Positions 31,001-40,173 of a stretch of 46,701 nucleotides of DNA are shown here, piece by piece (position 1 is the first letter of the stretch; each line of letters opens with the position of its first letter). Made by a program: the position numbers and the translations under genes. The stretch is from Escherichia phage YDC107_1. The stretch is taken from the sequence record CP025712.1. One strand, written 5' to 3'. The notes beneath the pieces are model-generated. The model was not told the origin of the DNA, ran no database searches, and worked only from the letters and a program-made list of their open reading frames with translations.

Positions 31001-32004
31001 AACTACCGGTTGAAGAAGGCACGCTGAAATTCTATTTCGATGGTGCTCGAGACAAAATTCGCCGTTATGAAACGATGCTGCTTGATGAAGTCACAGCCCG
31101 TCGTTATGACCGTGAAGAAGCGGCTATCAATTTTACATACGCATACCGCCAGACCGGACAGTGGCAATATTTTGTGGTGACCGCGATGACACGCGAGCAG
31201 GCTGATGATGTATTCAAAGCGAAATTTCCGGGAATAATCGACTACAAGGTAAAAGCCACCCCAGCTGTTGAGGTCGGCATGCGCGGATTCTATGCGCTTA
31301 AATCAGCAACTCTCCGGCAGTATTTTATCGACTGCGGTATCGACCCTGAAACTATGACTGGCGAAGCGACGCAGGAACGCCTTAAGTTCGCTCGAGATAA
31401 TCTCATGACAGCAGAACGCCGTGACCTGTTGAATAACGTTCTGCGCATTGGTGGTTTTATGACACCAAAAGGGAAGCCTAAAGTGCCGGAAGCACTGTTT
31501 AAAAACATCTGCGACTCTCTCGGCCTAAAAACAGGAAAACGTCGCGGCAGAGATGGCGATAAGCGCCCGACATTGCGTTTTGTTGAGCCTGAGTCTGTAG
31601 CATTTATGCTTGATATTCTTACGCAACGTCAGGAGGACGGTATGACGTTGAAAGCTCGCAAGGCAGAAAAATCAACGACCGAAGTGGATCGCGATTTGTC
31701 ATTAAATATATATATGAATGGTGAAACGCGATCCACAAACACGGAGGAACAGGATCCCCCTCGTTCAGCTATATCACAGGCTTTGGCTGTATTGCCGGTG
31801 GCTGTTCCTGAGTCCTGGGCGATGAGTGCTCTGCCATCAGCCGAACTGGAATCTATCAGGGGGTGGTCAGTTGACAGCATCGCATACACGTTTGCAGCCC
31901 TTTATATGACTGAGTTTATGGATTTGCTGTCCGGTCATGAGATTAAGTTGCTGAAGGCTTTTATAGGCCCACGACATGCCAGCGATGAGTTTTGTGTAGT
32001 TTAG
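28021..32004 (+). CDS. repA: Replication protein: Toprim primase fused to a helicase/NTPase (N15 RepA / P4 alpha-like)
   Basis: 1327 aa; Toprim motifs (VTEGFATGASIW, ALDNDRKSATEGKG); Walker A GMGSGKST; Walker B-like FDEATQ. Confidence 0.9.
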   Translation: MTLNDFYADRFGSDPFSLIEAARDELTELAQMAGINWPACSDNIQLNPRGGVERYSSYNKTSPEALEKSLKGRVEIYSRLEHSKGIDYPFINFVHKGSDAGSWSGFSFLFSEYRREQQRNNATVVAQPEEERERIERQAEARRRREEQKRINDLKNNQMDHERLLGWLAFHSAWEHAQAEDGSWPYAIKKGIRDVFSSCDVRRVTSHDSAKWSRGPTTYMAIPLAHLDGRYDGRIVGWQRIDKQGGKYQTSAVTSGDFVGACFVIGELKGAQNIAVTEGFATGASIWLATKKDKRFDAVVVAVSANNMVHVVEQLVNMYPAAKITCALDNDRKSATEGKGNTGLRTGYEILSKFNDVRCVYPTFEDDPQMECSDFNDLHKLRGLRETARQLFATANRLKTGTDLLSLTLNRLKTIKRDNRRTFAKELLRAVDIGMLTCPVPNSPSDLFNMFCIVLREMGLENIYRATVKDHIARRLNKKCRIAQAPRSFSERITDPNKRPQHITYKRFETSVMTYDVLKYVQSLQGIVIVRAGMGSGKSTGLLRPLMHSSERGISVAHRVSLIGGLWEMMTEGKGVKADILHYQDPGYQEMAPYASKLTICINSIVKNCWQPLMRQHDYFGFDEATQGLRAVLSGRAMENPVAVFNTLIDALARTEQHPIMVDADANDLLVDLAELAMKRREELGLPAWLQIHVIELPVDVRNRETGEPIRVFYTEKDRIMTEVVKAVSDGEKIMLATDSSTFAEDVTATLRMHFPGKKFLCVNQKSKQDEEVDAFTNQPKVMVMKYDGLIYSPSISSGVSFEKKHFDRHFGMFCGEVVPSDAVQMLRRDRTAKEFIIGFDKARAKRETDPQKIERAFAQALLATAGMNGELTDVVFDGDRISMGVANTDFTRMKIKAAAIEASARNDYASNMICIMHSDGYKVSPLATDYAANDFGKELRKEARDIVWEQTLDLHLNTETPEESEREELLKKRALTLEEQAKLVRWDIENELKLPVEEGTLKFYFDGARDKIRRYETMLLDEVTARRYDREEAAINFTYAYRQTGQWQYFVVTAMTREQADDVFKAKFPGIIDYKVKATPAVEVGMRGFYALKSATLRQYFIDCGIDPETMTGEATQERLKFARDNLMTAERRDLLNNVLRIGGFMTPKGKPKVPEALFKNICDSLGLKTGKRRGRDGDKRPTLRFVEPESVAFMLDILTQRQEDGMTLKARKAEKSTTEVDRDLSLNIYMNGETRSTNTEEQDPPRSAISQALAVLPVAVPESWAMSALPSAELESIRGWSVDSIAYTFAALYMTEFMDLLSGHEIKLLKAFIGPRHASDEFCVV
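28383..28398. repeat. 16-bp core TGCGACCGTGGTCGCA, copy 5, inside repA
   Basis: Outer bases not complementary (16 of 18); mirrored copy at 45080-45097. Confidence 0.5.
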
Positions 32005-32021
32005 AGGGTAGAAGCGTGGGA

Positions 32022-32288
32022 ATGATGCAAGAGTGCCTCGTTTTGATTGAAGGGTATGATCCGTATGTTGTTAACGTCAGCAGAATGGATACTGGCTATA
32101 GCGACTACAAAACTGGTCGTGAACTGCCGTTCACCATCATCAGGATGAATAGCTTTGGCGATGATGATGCTGTTTATTGCTGTATAGCCAGCGATAAAAA
32201 CATGGAAGACCGGACAGATGAAGCCCGTATGCTATTGAGGAAATATAAGGTAAAGCCGTTATCAGAGAATAACGCTGAGAGGGGTTAA
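32022..32288 (+). CDS. Hypothetical protein
   Basis: From ATG MMQECLVLIEGYDP (ORF-track start 31992 is TTG). Confidence 0.45.
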   Translation: MMQECLVLIEGYDPYVVNVSRMDTGYSDYKTGRELPFTIIRMNSFGDDDAVYCCIASDKNMEDRTDEARMLLRKYKVKPLSENNAERG

Positions 32289-32290
32289 AA

Positions 32291-32686
32291 ATGGCAGTTC
32301 AATCATACAAATACGAATCCCCTTTGGATAAGGGATACATTCGTATCAAGTTAAGTCGTTCTCAGCATAAGGCTATTTTTAAGGTAAGGAAAATTCGCAT
32401 ATTGGATGCGTATGCGTATTACTACAACGGTGAAAATGTTGTTGTTGAACACTTTCTTGCACGATGGTTTGTAGCTCTGATTTTTGTCCCTCTCCTGTTA
32501 ATTGGTACTTTTGTGGATGGTTTTCCTAGTACATGGCGGGAGATAAAGAAAGGCCTATTCCCGCGTAAGTACGGCAGATTTTCGCAAGATAGCTGGCGAG
32601 TTATACCTGGTAAACATTCTGTGGATGAGCAGCCGATTGTTGATTACTGGTTGAAGCATATGGCTGATGCTAAAAAAGTTGATTGA
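32291..32686 (+). CDS. Hypothetical membrane protein
   Basis: 131 aa with SD GAGAGGGG; TM segment WFVALIFVPLLLIGTFV. Confidence 0.5.
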   Translation: MAVQSYKYESPLDKGYIRIKLSRSQHKAIFKVRKIRILDAYAYYYNGENVVVEHFLARWFVALIFVPLLLIGTFVDGFPSTWREIKKGLFPRKYGRFSQDSWRVIPGKHSVDEQPIVDYWLKHMADAKKVD

Positions 32687-32704
32687 GTTGTGGAAGGAGT
32701 ATTT

Positions 32705-32929
32705 ATGAACTGTAACAAAAATGAAGAAACTCGCCTGGTTTGGACGGTAGTAATCGGAGATAAAGAGGGCGGTGAAGAGCCTCATTTTGATTATTCTGTG
32801 GCTTTGCAGGCTCTCATCCTTGAAGCGCAGAGATACCAACAAGAGATGCAGAAGAACCCTCAACTGGAACCTCGACCAATTGGCCTATTCTGCGAGCGAG
32901 TATCAGCGGCGGAACTCCCTGATATCTGA
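32705..32929 (+). CDS. Hypothetical small acidic protein
   Basis: MNCNKNEETRLVWTVVIG…; SD GGAAGGA. Confidence 0.45.
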   Translation: MNCNKNEETRLVWTVVIGDKEGGEEPHFDYSVALQALILEAQRYQQEMQKNPQLEPRPIGLFCERVSAAELPDI

Positions 32930-33120
32930 TGCCCTCCAACAGCTGATCAGGTTCTGATCAGTTAGTAAAGCAAACTATAAAAACACCTGTCCCCGTGACT
33001 GGTCACGGGGTAAAATGTCTTTGCAAATTATTGACGTGTGCGTCGTTTTGACGGTAAAGTTACTTCGCTGCGGTAAATCCCGTAGCCGGGACTCTCAACC
33101 CCGAAATCCGAACGACGCAC

Positions 33121-33143
33121 AACACGCGCCAGCGTGTTTTTTT
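33121..33143 (+). terminator. Rho-independent terminator ending a short untranslated transcript upstream of the anti-repressor operon
   Basis: AACACGC-GCCA-GCGTGTT followed by a T-run. Confidence 0.45.
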
Positions 33144-33309
33144 GTGTGTATGAGCCTGCGCATATCCGAATTATGGTGGCTCAGGTGGGGCAGCCGAAAG
33201 GCTGGCCGGTGTCGTTTGGGCCGGTGTTGAGAACCCCGCTTGGGCTACCACCCCATAGAGATTCTCAACTCTGGTGGTAGCACTGTTTTACCAAACAAGA
33301 GTGCATACC

Positions 33310-33474
33310 ATGTTCAAATTCAAATTTGCGGCAGTCGTTCGCACAGACAAAAAGTCACACATCCATCATCTTTCCACCATCGCGTCATCTGAACGGGAAG
33401 CTCGTCGCCAGTTCGCCAGCCGGTTTGTCCTGGTATTGTCTGCCCGTATTCCGGTGCGCGAGGTGGCTGCATGA
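33310..33474 (+). CDS. Small protein, first gene of the anti-repressor operon (Icd-like position)
   Basis: 54 aa from MFKFKFAAVVRTDKK. Confidence 0.35.
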   Translation: MFKFKFAAVVRTDKKSHIHHLSTIASSEREARRQFASRFVLVLSARIPVREVAA

Positions 33475-33704
33475 ATCAGGTAAAAATGAACACTGTTGGC
33501 CTGCTGGAATCGTTGGATGAACGTCTGGCTCAGGTCTATGCGCTTGTGTCATCAGCCCATCGTACAGTCTCCAGTTGTGAGGCGTCGATTTATCTCTCAG
33601 AAGCCGGGAAGCTCCTTCAAATCGCGTGTGAGTTGACACACAAAGCACAGGGGTATTCAGCATCTCTCTCGTCGCAATTGCAGCACAATAAGGAGGCCAA
33701 ATGA
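33471..33704 (+). CDS. Hypothetical protein (anti-repressor operon)
   Basis: 77 aa, SD GAGGTGG, ATGA-coupled to neighbours. Confidence 0.45.
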   Translation: MNQVKMNTVGLLESLDERLAQVYALVSSAHRTVSSCEASIYLSEAGKLLQIACELTHKAQGYSASLSSQLQHNKEAK

Positions 33705-34477
33705 GCGCGTTAGCTGTATTTTCGTTTCAGGAAGAGCATCAGGTTCGTGTAGTGATGATTGATAGCGATCCGTGGTTTGTTGCATCTGATGTGTGTATGG
33801 CGGCGGGTATTGATTCTACGGCCATTAGAAAGTTGGATGAGGACGAAAAGGGTCTGCATTTAATGCAGACCCCTGGCGGATACCAGAATGTTTCAATCAT
33901 CAAGGAGTCAGGTCTATACACCCTAATCCTCCGCTGCCGTGACGCGGTGAAGCAAGGCACAACAGCTTGGCGGTTTCGCAAATGGGTAACGAACGAAGTC
34001 TTGCCCTCTATTCGCAAAAATGGAGAGTACGTTTACGTTGAGCCAGAGCCAATGCGAGCAGCAGAGCCGTTGAACTGGAGGCAGAAAGAGTATCTGCGAG
34101 GGCTGATTAACGATATTGCACAAAGTTTTCAATACCGAAATGCCTGGATTAGCGGTGTATGGTTGGCTTTGCGTCGGGCGTGTCGTAATCCATCCCCGAA
34201 CCCCATAACTGTTGATGATTTGCCAGCAATAACGGCAGAACTGCGACGGATTTTGACGGCTGCTGAGTCGGCATTGGGGAACATGCGCACGTATGAACGA
34301 GAGTTGTTGCGTGATGTTGTTCGTGGTGGTAGGCGGAGTATGTCGTGTGGTGATTTGCCCATCACCGATATCAACTCTGATCTGGAAAAGGCGTTACCCG
34401 CGCATTTTGAACTGGCAGTTCAAAAACTTGAGCAGTTGTCCGCGCAGCTAAAGCCAGCAGAAATCACCAATAAATAG
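33701..34477 (+). CDS. ant: Anti-repressor with Bro-N domain
   Basis: 258 aa; N-terminus FSFQEEHQVRVVMIDSDPWFVASDVCMAAGI… typical of Bro-N/Ant; SD AGGAGG. Confidence 0.75.
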   Translation: MSALAVFSFQEEHQVRVVMIDSDPWFVASDVCMAAGIDSTAIRKLDEDEKGLHLMQTPGGYQNVSIIKESGLYTLILRCRDAVKQGTTAWRFRKWVTNEVLPSIRKNGEYVYVEPEPMRAAEPLNWRQKEYLRGLINDIAQSFQYRNAWISGVWLALRRACRNPSPNPITVDDLPAITAELRRILTAAESALGNMRTYERELLRDVVRGGRRSMSCGDLPITDINSDLEKALPAHFELAVQKLEQLSAQLKPAEITNK

Positions 34478-34649
34478 GGTTGGCCAGCCCGAATTGATGC
34501 CCTTCTTAGTGAGGGGAAGCCTCGCAGTCTGGGCGGTGATGTCTGTGGTTGCAGCCGCGTTTCCTCCGTTACTTCTGCCCTTTGCAGGGGGCAGGCGAGG
34601 CAGGCCACATAACAAGGCACCGATTAATTCGGTGCCTTTAACGTATGCT

Positions 34650-36551
34650 TTAGCCGAAATATGTCAGCCATGCTAACTGCATTGCTGACATGGGGCTGTT
34701 TGCACTGCCTGACCACGCATAATTCTGGCCATTATAATGAAACTCAACAACGTATGAGCCATCACCAATATTTCTCACAGGCTTAAATACCGGCTTAGAT
34801 ACAGGTGAAGAAGGCGCGGGCGGTTGCTGTTCTTCTACGCTCTCTTCCTCTTCCTCTTCCTCTTCCTCTATCTCAATTTCGTCGTCATCCAGATCGTCAT
34901 CCTCTGATAATTCATCCGTCTGTTCAGGTATTGCTTCCAGCTCTTCTTCGTCAGGCATAACGATTTCTGGAGAATCTATTTTCAGCTGCCATTGTCCATT
35001 TTCGCCAACAAATTGCCCCAGAGCATCAGCAGCAAATTCCAGGTATCGACTAATCATTGTAGGGCTAAATTTGAATGCTCTTAGAGTGCTGTTCGTGATT
35101 TTTATAGAGGGGTCATGCTCTACCAGCTGCTTAACTGTGTTATGCAGACGAACCCCGGCATCTCCTCTGGCGAATCCTGGCATTTCGTCATCAAGCTGCT
35201 GCAATGCTTCCAGCCTGGTATTTTCGTTTCCAGTATTTGGCCTCCATGTCTTTGAGAAGTTGGCCAGCTTGAATTGCTTATAGTGTAATTGAGTGTTTTC
35301 ATCGTCATGGCCTAAAATTTCCATAAAGAAAACATCCTCATCTACGTTTTTCCAACGAGGATCTACGCGGAAAAACATTTCATACGCAATACGGGCATAA
35401 ATAGCACGACTATCTTTATAAACACGGCGGTCATCTTTGAAAAATGATTTAACCCACGGGTTAAAAGCCTTTGCTAATATGGCATTAATCCGTCCGTTTT
35501 CAGAGCGTGTGTCGTTATCTCCATAACCTTTAACGACATCATCAAAATCAGATGCTGCCGGGCATGAGCGAAGTACATTTATTAAATAAACAAATGTTTT
35601 TGCTTCGCATAATGTATATATTTTTCTGGTTATATCATCAGAAGTTCTTTTTTTTGCTTGGCCTAAAAAATCAACGGTATACTTACCAGAAACAGTAAAT
35701 GTACCTTGATACATAATCTCAATCATTCGTCTTCCTGACAATGCAGCAAGTGCAAATGCCAAAGGAGCCATACCTGAACGAGTGTTTAGATTATTTAATG
35801 TAGCAGGGCTATTTATAATATCGTAAATAGCTTGCATATATTTAGGGTAATCAATGACCACCACGTTACGTTTCTTATTGTGCAGAACGTCTGCCCATCG
35901 TTGCTGGATAGATGCGCGTTCGGCAGGGCTTAGTTGAAGATGATAGAGAATCTCATGGTTAACTTTTAGCTGATTCAACTCCTCAAGCAAGGCAGATCCT
36001 TGCTGTAGTAATTTATATAAATAATCGCGCTTATCTTTCCAGTTATCGCTAGTTAAATCAGAAATGGCGAATTGCCACTCTTTATATTTATTTGATAATT
36101 TTAATAACTTATTATGACTTTTGTTATCACCAATTCTGATATTAGATAAATCTTCTGATAAAGGGAGAATTAATTTTAATTTTGCCTGTAAAGCTGACAT
36201 TCTCTGGCGAATATCGGCAGCAGGTAGAGAAAGCCATGACAATAGCTCCTCATTATATAAAGGATACTTTTCAGATAGGCGATGTATATTTTTTTCAAAG
36301 CTATGATGAAGTTTATCATCAAACCGTTTTCTGGCCCTGCTCATATAGGTATTGAATGTGTTGGCTGTAATTCTTTTTTCTAATCCTTTCCCCCTAAACT
36401 TTCGCTTGTCATTAAATAATGCATTTTTAAACTTTAATGCAACAGCCTTTATTTTTTTTGTTTTCTCCCCTTGAGGACGGTCAGAGTTATCTATTGACTC
36501 AACATCGCTAACAAGTGAGTTTATTAATTCACCGATTTTTACTTTGCTCAT
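34650..36551 (-). CDS. telN: Protelomerase (TelN-like telomere resolvase)
   Basis: 633 aa; N-terminus MSKVKIGELINSLVSDVESIDNSDRPQGEKTKKIK… and length resemble N15 TelN as I recall; acidic C-terminal stretch; start 190 bp from the telRL-like palindrome. Confidence 0.88.
   Translation of the reverse strand: MSKVKIGELINSLVSDVESIDNSDRPQGEKTKKIKAVALKFKNALFNDKRKFRGKGLEKRITANTFNTYMSRARKRFDDKLHHSFEKNIHRLSEKYPLYNEELLSWLSLPAADIRQRMSALQAKLKLILPLSEDLSNIRIGDNKSHNKLLKLSNKYKEWQFAISDLTSDNWKDKRDYLYKLLQQGSALLEELNQLKVNHEILYHLQLSPAERASIQQRWADVLHNKKRNVVVIDYPKYMQAIYDIINSPATLNNLNTRSGMAPLAFALAALSGRRMIEIMYQGTFTVSGKYTVDFLGQAKKRTSDDITRKIYTLCEAKTFVYLINVLRSCPAASDFDDVVKGYGDNDTRSENGRINAILAKAFNPWVKSFFKDDRRVYKDSRAIYARIAYEMFFRVDPRWKNVDEDVFFMEILGHDDENTQLHYKQFKLANFSKTWRPNTGNENTRLEALQQLDDEMPGFARGDAGVRLHNTVKQLVEHDPSIKITNSTLRAFKFSPTMISRYLEFAADALGQFVGENGQWQLKIDSPEIVMPDEEELEAIPEQTDELSEDDDLDDDEIEIEEEEEEEEESVEEQQPPAPSSPVSKPVFKPVRNIGDGSYVVEFHYNGQNYAWSGSANSPMSAMQLAWLTYFG
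34842..34868. repeat. (CTCTTC)n hexanucleotide repeat inside telN, encoding a poly-Glu tract
   Basis: Four and a half tandem CTCTTC units; mirrored at about 38616-38642. Confidence 0.6.
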
Positions 36552-36714
36552 CTTTCCTCTCCTGATTATCCGCTCGGATTATCGTAACACAATTTGAGAA
36601 TAAGATAACTAATAACGCGTTAACTTAGGCACAAACTAACAGAACACAATAACGGATAATAAATAAAAACACAATATCGGAACGTTAAAATTTGTTCCTT
36701 GACTTTGTTCTGAA

Positions 36715-36770
36715 AATCAGCACATAATTTCCCATTATACGCGCGTATAATGGGAAATTATGTGCTGATT
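36715..36770. other. telRL-like telomere resolution site; centre of dyad symmetry between 36742 and 36743
   Basis: AATCAGCACATAATTT-CCCATTATACGCGCGTATAATGGG-AAATTATGTGCTGATT, same architecture as N15 telRL as I recall. Confidence 0.8.
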
Positions 36771-36933
36771 TTCAGAACAAAGTCAAGGAACAAATTTTAA
36801 CGTTCCGATATTGTGTTTTTATTTATTATCCGTTATTGTGTTCTGTTAGTTTGTGCCTAAGTTAACGCGTTATTAGTTATCTTATTCTCAAATTGTGTTA
36901 CGATAATCCGAGCGGATAATCAGGAGAGGAAAG

Positions 36934-38833
36934 ATGAGCAAAGTAAAAATCGGTGAATTAATAAACTCACTTGTTAGCGATGTTGAGTCAATAGATAACT
37001 CTGACCGTCCTCAAGGGGAGAAAACAAAAAAAATAAAGGCTGTTGCATTAAAGTTTAAAAATGCATTATTTAATGACAAGCGAAAGTTTAGGGGGAAAGG
37101 ATTAGAAAAAGAATTACAGCCAACACATTCAATACCTATATGAGCAGGGCCAGAAAACGGTTTGATGATAAACTTCATCATAGCTTTGAAAAAAATATAC
37201 ATCGCCTATCTGAAAAGTATCCTTTATATAATGAGGAGCTATTGTCATGGCTTTCTCTACCTGCTGCCGATATTCGCCAGAGAATGTCAGCTTTACAGGC
37301 AAAATTAAAATTAATTCTCCCTTTATCAGAAGATTTATCTAATATCAGAATTGGTGATAACAAAAGTCATAATAAGTTATTAAAATTATCAATAAATATA
37401 AAGAGTGGCAATTCGCCATTTCTGATTTAACTAGCGATAACTGGAAAGATAAGCGCGATTATTTATATAAATTACTACAGCAAGGATCTGCCTTGCTTGA
37501 GGAGTTGAATCAGCTAAAAGTTAACCATGAGATTCTCTATCATCTTCAACTAAGCCCTGCCGAACGCGCATCTATCCAGCAACGATGGGCAGACGTTCTG
37601 CACAATAAGAAACGTAACGTGGTGGTCATTGATTACCCTAAATATATGCAAGCTATTTACGATATTATAAATAGCCCTGCTACATTAAATAATCTAAACA
37701 CTCGTTCAGGTATGGCTCCTTTGGCATTTGCACTTGCTGCATTGTCAGGAAGACGAATGATTGAGATTATGTATCAAGGTACATTTACTGTTTCTGGTAA
37801 GTATACCGTTGATTTTTTAGGCCAAGCAAAAAAAAGAACTTCTGATGATATAACCAGAAAAATATATACATTATGCGAAGCAAAAACATTTGTTTATTTA
37901 ATAAATGTACTTCGCTCATGCCCGGCAGCATCTGATTTTGATGATGTCGTTAAAGGTTATGGAGATAACGACACACGCTCTGAAAACGGACGGATTAATG
38001 CCATATTAGCAAAGGCTTTTAACCCGTGGGTTAAATCATTTTTCAAAGATGACCGCCGTGTTTATAAAGATAGTCGTGCTATTTATGCCCGTATTGCGTA
38101 TGAAATGTTTTTCCGCGTAGATCCTCGTTGGAAAAACGTAGATGAGGATGTTTTCTTTATGGAAATTTTAGGCCATGACGATGAAAACACTCAATTACAC
38201 TATAAGCAATTCAAGCTGGCCAACTTCTCAAAGACATGGAGGCCAAATACTGGAAACGAAAATACCAGGCTGGAAGCATTGCAGCAGCTTGATGACGAAA
38301 TGCCAGGATTCGCCAGAGGAGATGCCGGGGTTCGTCTGCATAACACAGTTAAGCAGCTGGTAGAGCATGACCCCTCTATAAAAATCACGAACAGCACTCT
38401 AAGAGCATTCAAATTTAGCCCTACAATGATTAGTCGATACCTGGAATTTGCTGCTGATGCTCTGGGGCAATTTGTTGGCGAAAATGGACAATGGCAGCTG
38501 AAAATAGATTCTCCAGAAATCGTTATGCCTGACGAAGAAGAGCTGGAAGCAATACCTGAACAGACGGATGAATTATCAGAGGATGACGATCTGGATGACG
38601 ACGAAATTGAGATAGAGGAAGAGGAAGAGGAAGAGGAAGAGAGCGTAGAAGAACAGCAACCGCCCGCGCCTTCTTCACCTGTATCTAAGCCGGTATTTAA
38701 GCCTGTGAGAAATATTGGTGATGGCTCATACGTTGTTGAGTTTCATTATAATGGCCAGAATTATGCGTGGTCAGGCAGTGCAAACAGCCCCATGTCAGCA
38801 ATGCAGTTAGCATGGCTGACATATTTCGGCTAA
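36934..38833 (+). pseudogene. Mirror copy of telN, broken by two 1-bp homopolymer contractions
   Basis: ORF fragments 36934..37143, 37140..37430 and 37493..38833; first break is A6 to A5 at about 37107. Confidence 0.7.
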
Positions 38834-39005
38834 AGCATACGTTAAAGGCACCGAATTAATCGGTGCCTTGTTATGTGGCCTGCCTCGCCTGCCCCCTGCA
38901 AAGGGCAGAAGTAACGGAGGAAACGCGGCTGCAACCACAGACATCACCGCCCAGACTGCGAGGCTTCCCCTCACTAAGAAGGGCATCAATTCGGGCTGGC
39001 CAACC

Positions 39006-39782
39006 CTATTTATTGGTGATTTCTGCTGGCTTTAGCTGCGCGGACAACTGCTCAAGTTTTTGAACTGCCAGTTCAAAATGCGCGGGTAACGCCTTTTCCA
39101 GATCAGAGTTGATATCGGTGATGGGCAAATCACCACACGACATACTCCGCCTACCACCACGAACAACATCACGCAACAACTCTCGTTCATACGTGCGCAT
39201 GTTCCCCAATGCCGACTCAGCAGCCGTCAAAATCCGTCGCAGTTCTGCCGTTATTGCTGGCAAATCATCAACAGTTATGGGGTTCGGGGATGGATTACGA
39301 CACGCCCGACGCAAAGCCAACCATACACCGCTAATCCAGGCATTTCGGTATTGAAAACTTTGTGCAATATCGTTAATCAGCCCTCGCAGATACTCTTTCT
39401 GCCTCCAGTTCAACGGCTCTGCTGCTCGCATTGGCTCTGGCTCAACGTAAACGTACTCTCCATTTTTGCGAATAGAGGGCAAGACTTCGTTCGTTACCCA
39501 TTTGCGAAACCGCCAAGCTGTTGTGCCTTGCTTCACCGCGTCACGGCAGCGGAGGATTAGGGTGTATAGACCTGACTCCTTGATGATTGAAACATTCTGG
39601 TATCCGCCAGGGGTCTGCATTAAATGCAGACCCTTTTCGTCCTCATCCAACTTTCTAATGGCCGTAGAATCAATACCCGCCGCCATACACACATCAGATG
39701 CAACAAACCACGGATCGCTATCAATCATCACTACACGAACCTGATGCTCTTCCTGAAACGAAAATACAGCTAACGCGCTCAT
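39006..39782 (-). CDS. Mirror copy of the Bro-N anti-repressor gene (intact)
   Basis: Identical 258-aa translation to 33701..34477. Confidence 0.5.
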   Translation of the reverse strand: MSALAVFSFQEEHQVRVVMIDSDPWFVASDVCMAAGIDSTAIRKLDEDEKGLHLMQTPGGYQNVSIIKESGLYTLILRCRDAVKQGTTAWRFRKWVTNEVLPSIRKNGEYVYVEPEPMRAAEPLNWRQKEYLRGLINDIAQSFQYRNAWISGVWLALRRACRNPSPNPITVDDLPAITAELRRILTAAESALGNMRTYERELLRDVVRGGRRSMSCGDLPITDINSDLEKALPAHFELAVQKLEQLSAQLKPAEITNK

Positions 39783-40012
39783 TTGGCCTCCTTATTGTGC
39801 TGCAATTGCGACGAGAGAGATGCTGAATACCCCTGTGCTTTGTGTGTCAACTCACACGCGATTTGAAGGAGCTTCCCGGCTTCTGAGAGATAAATCGACG
39901 CCTCACAACTGGAGACTGTACGATGGGCTGATGACACAAGCGCATAGACCTGAGCCAGACGTTCATCCAACGATTCCAGCAGGCCAACAGTGTTCATTTT
40001 TACCTGATTCAT
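39779..40012 (-). CDS. Mirror copy of the 77-aa anti-repressor-operon gene
   Basis: Identical translation to 33471..33704. Confidence 0.4.
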   Translation of the reverse strand: MNQVKMNTVGLLESLDERLAQVYALVSSAHRTVSSCEASIYLSEAGKLLQIACELTHKAQGYSASLSSQLQHNKEAK

Positions 40013-40173
40013 GCAGCCACCTCGCGCACCGGAATACGGGCAGACAATACCAGGACAAACCGGCTGGCGAACTGGCGACGAGCTTCCCGTTCAGATGACG
40101 CGATGGTGGAAAGATGATGGATGTGTGACTTTTTGTCTGTGCGAACGACTGCCGCAAATTTGAATTTGAACAT
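40009..40173 (-). CDS. Mirror copy of the Icd-position small gene
   Basis: Identical translation to 33310..33474. Confidence 0.3.
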   Translation of the reverse strand: MFKFKFAAVVRTDKKSHIHHLSTIASSEREARRQFASRFVLVLSARIPVREVAA

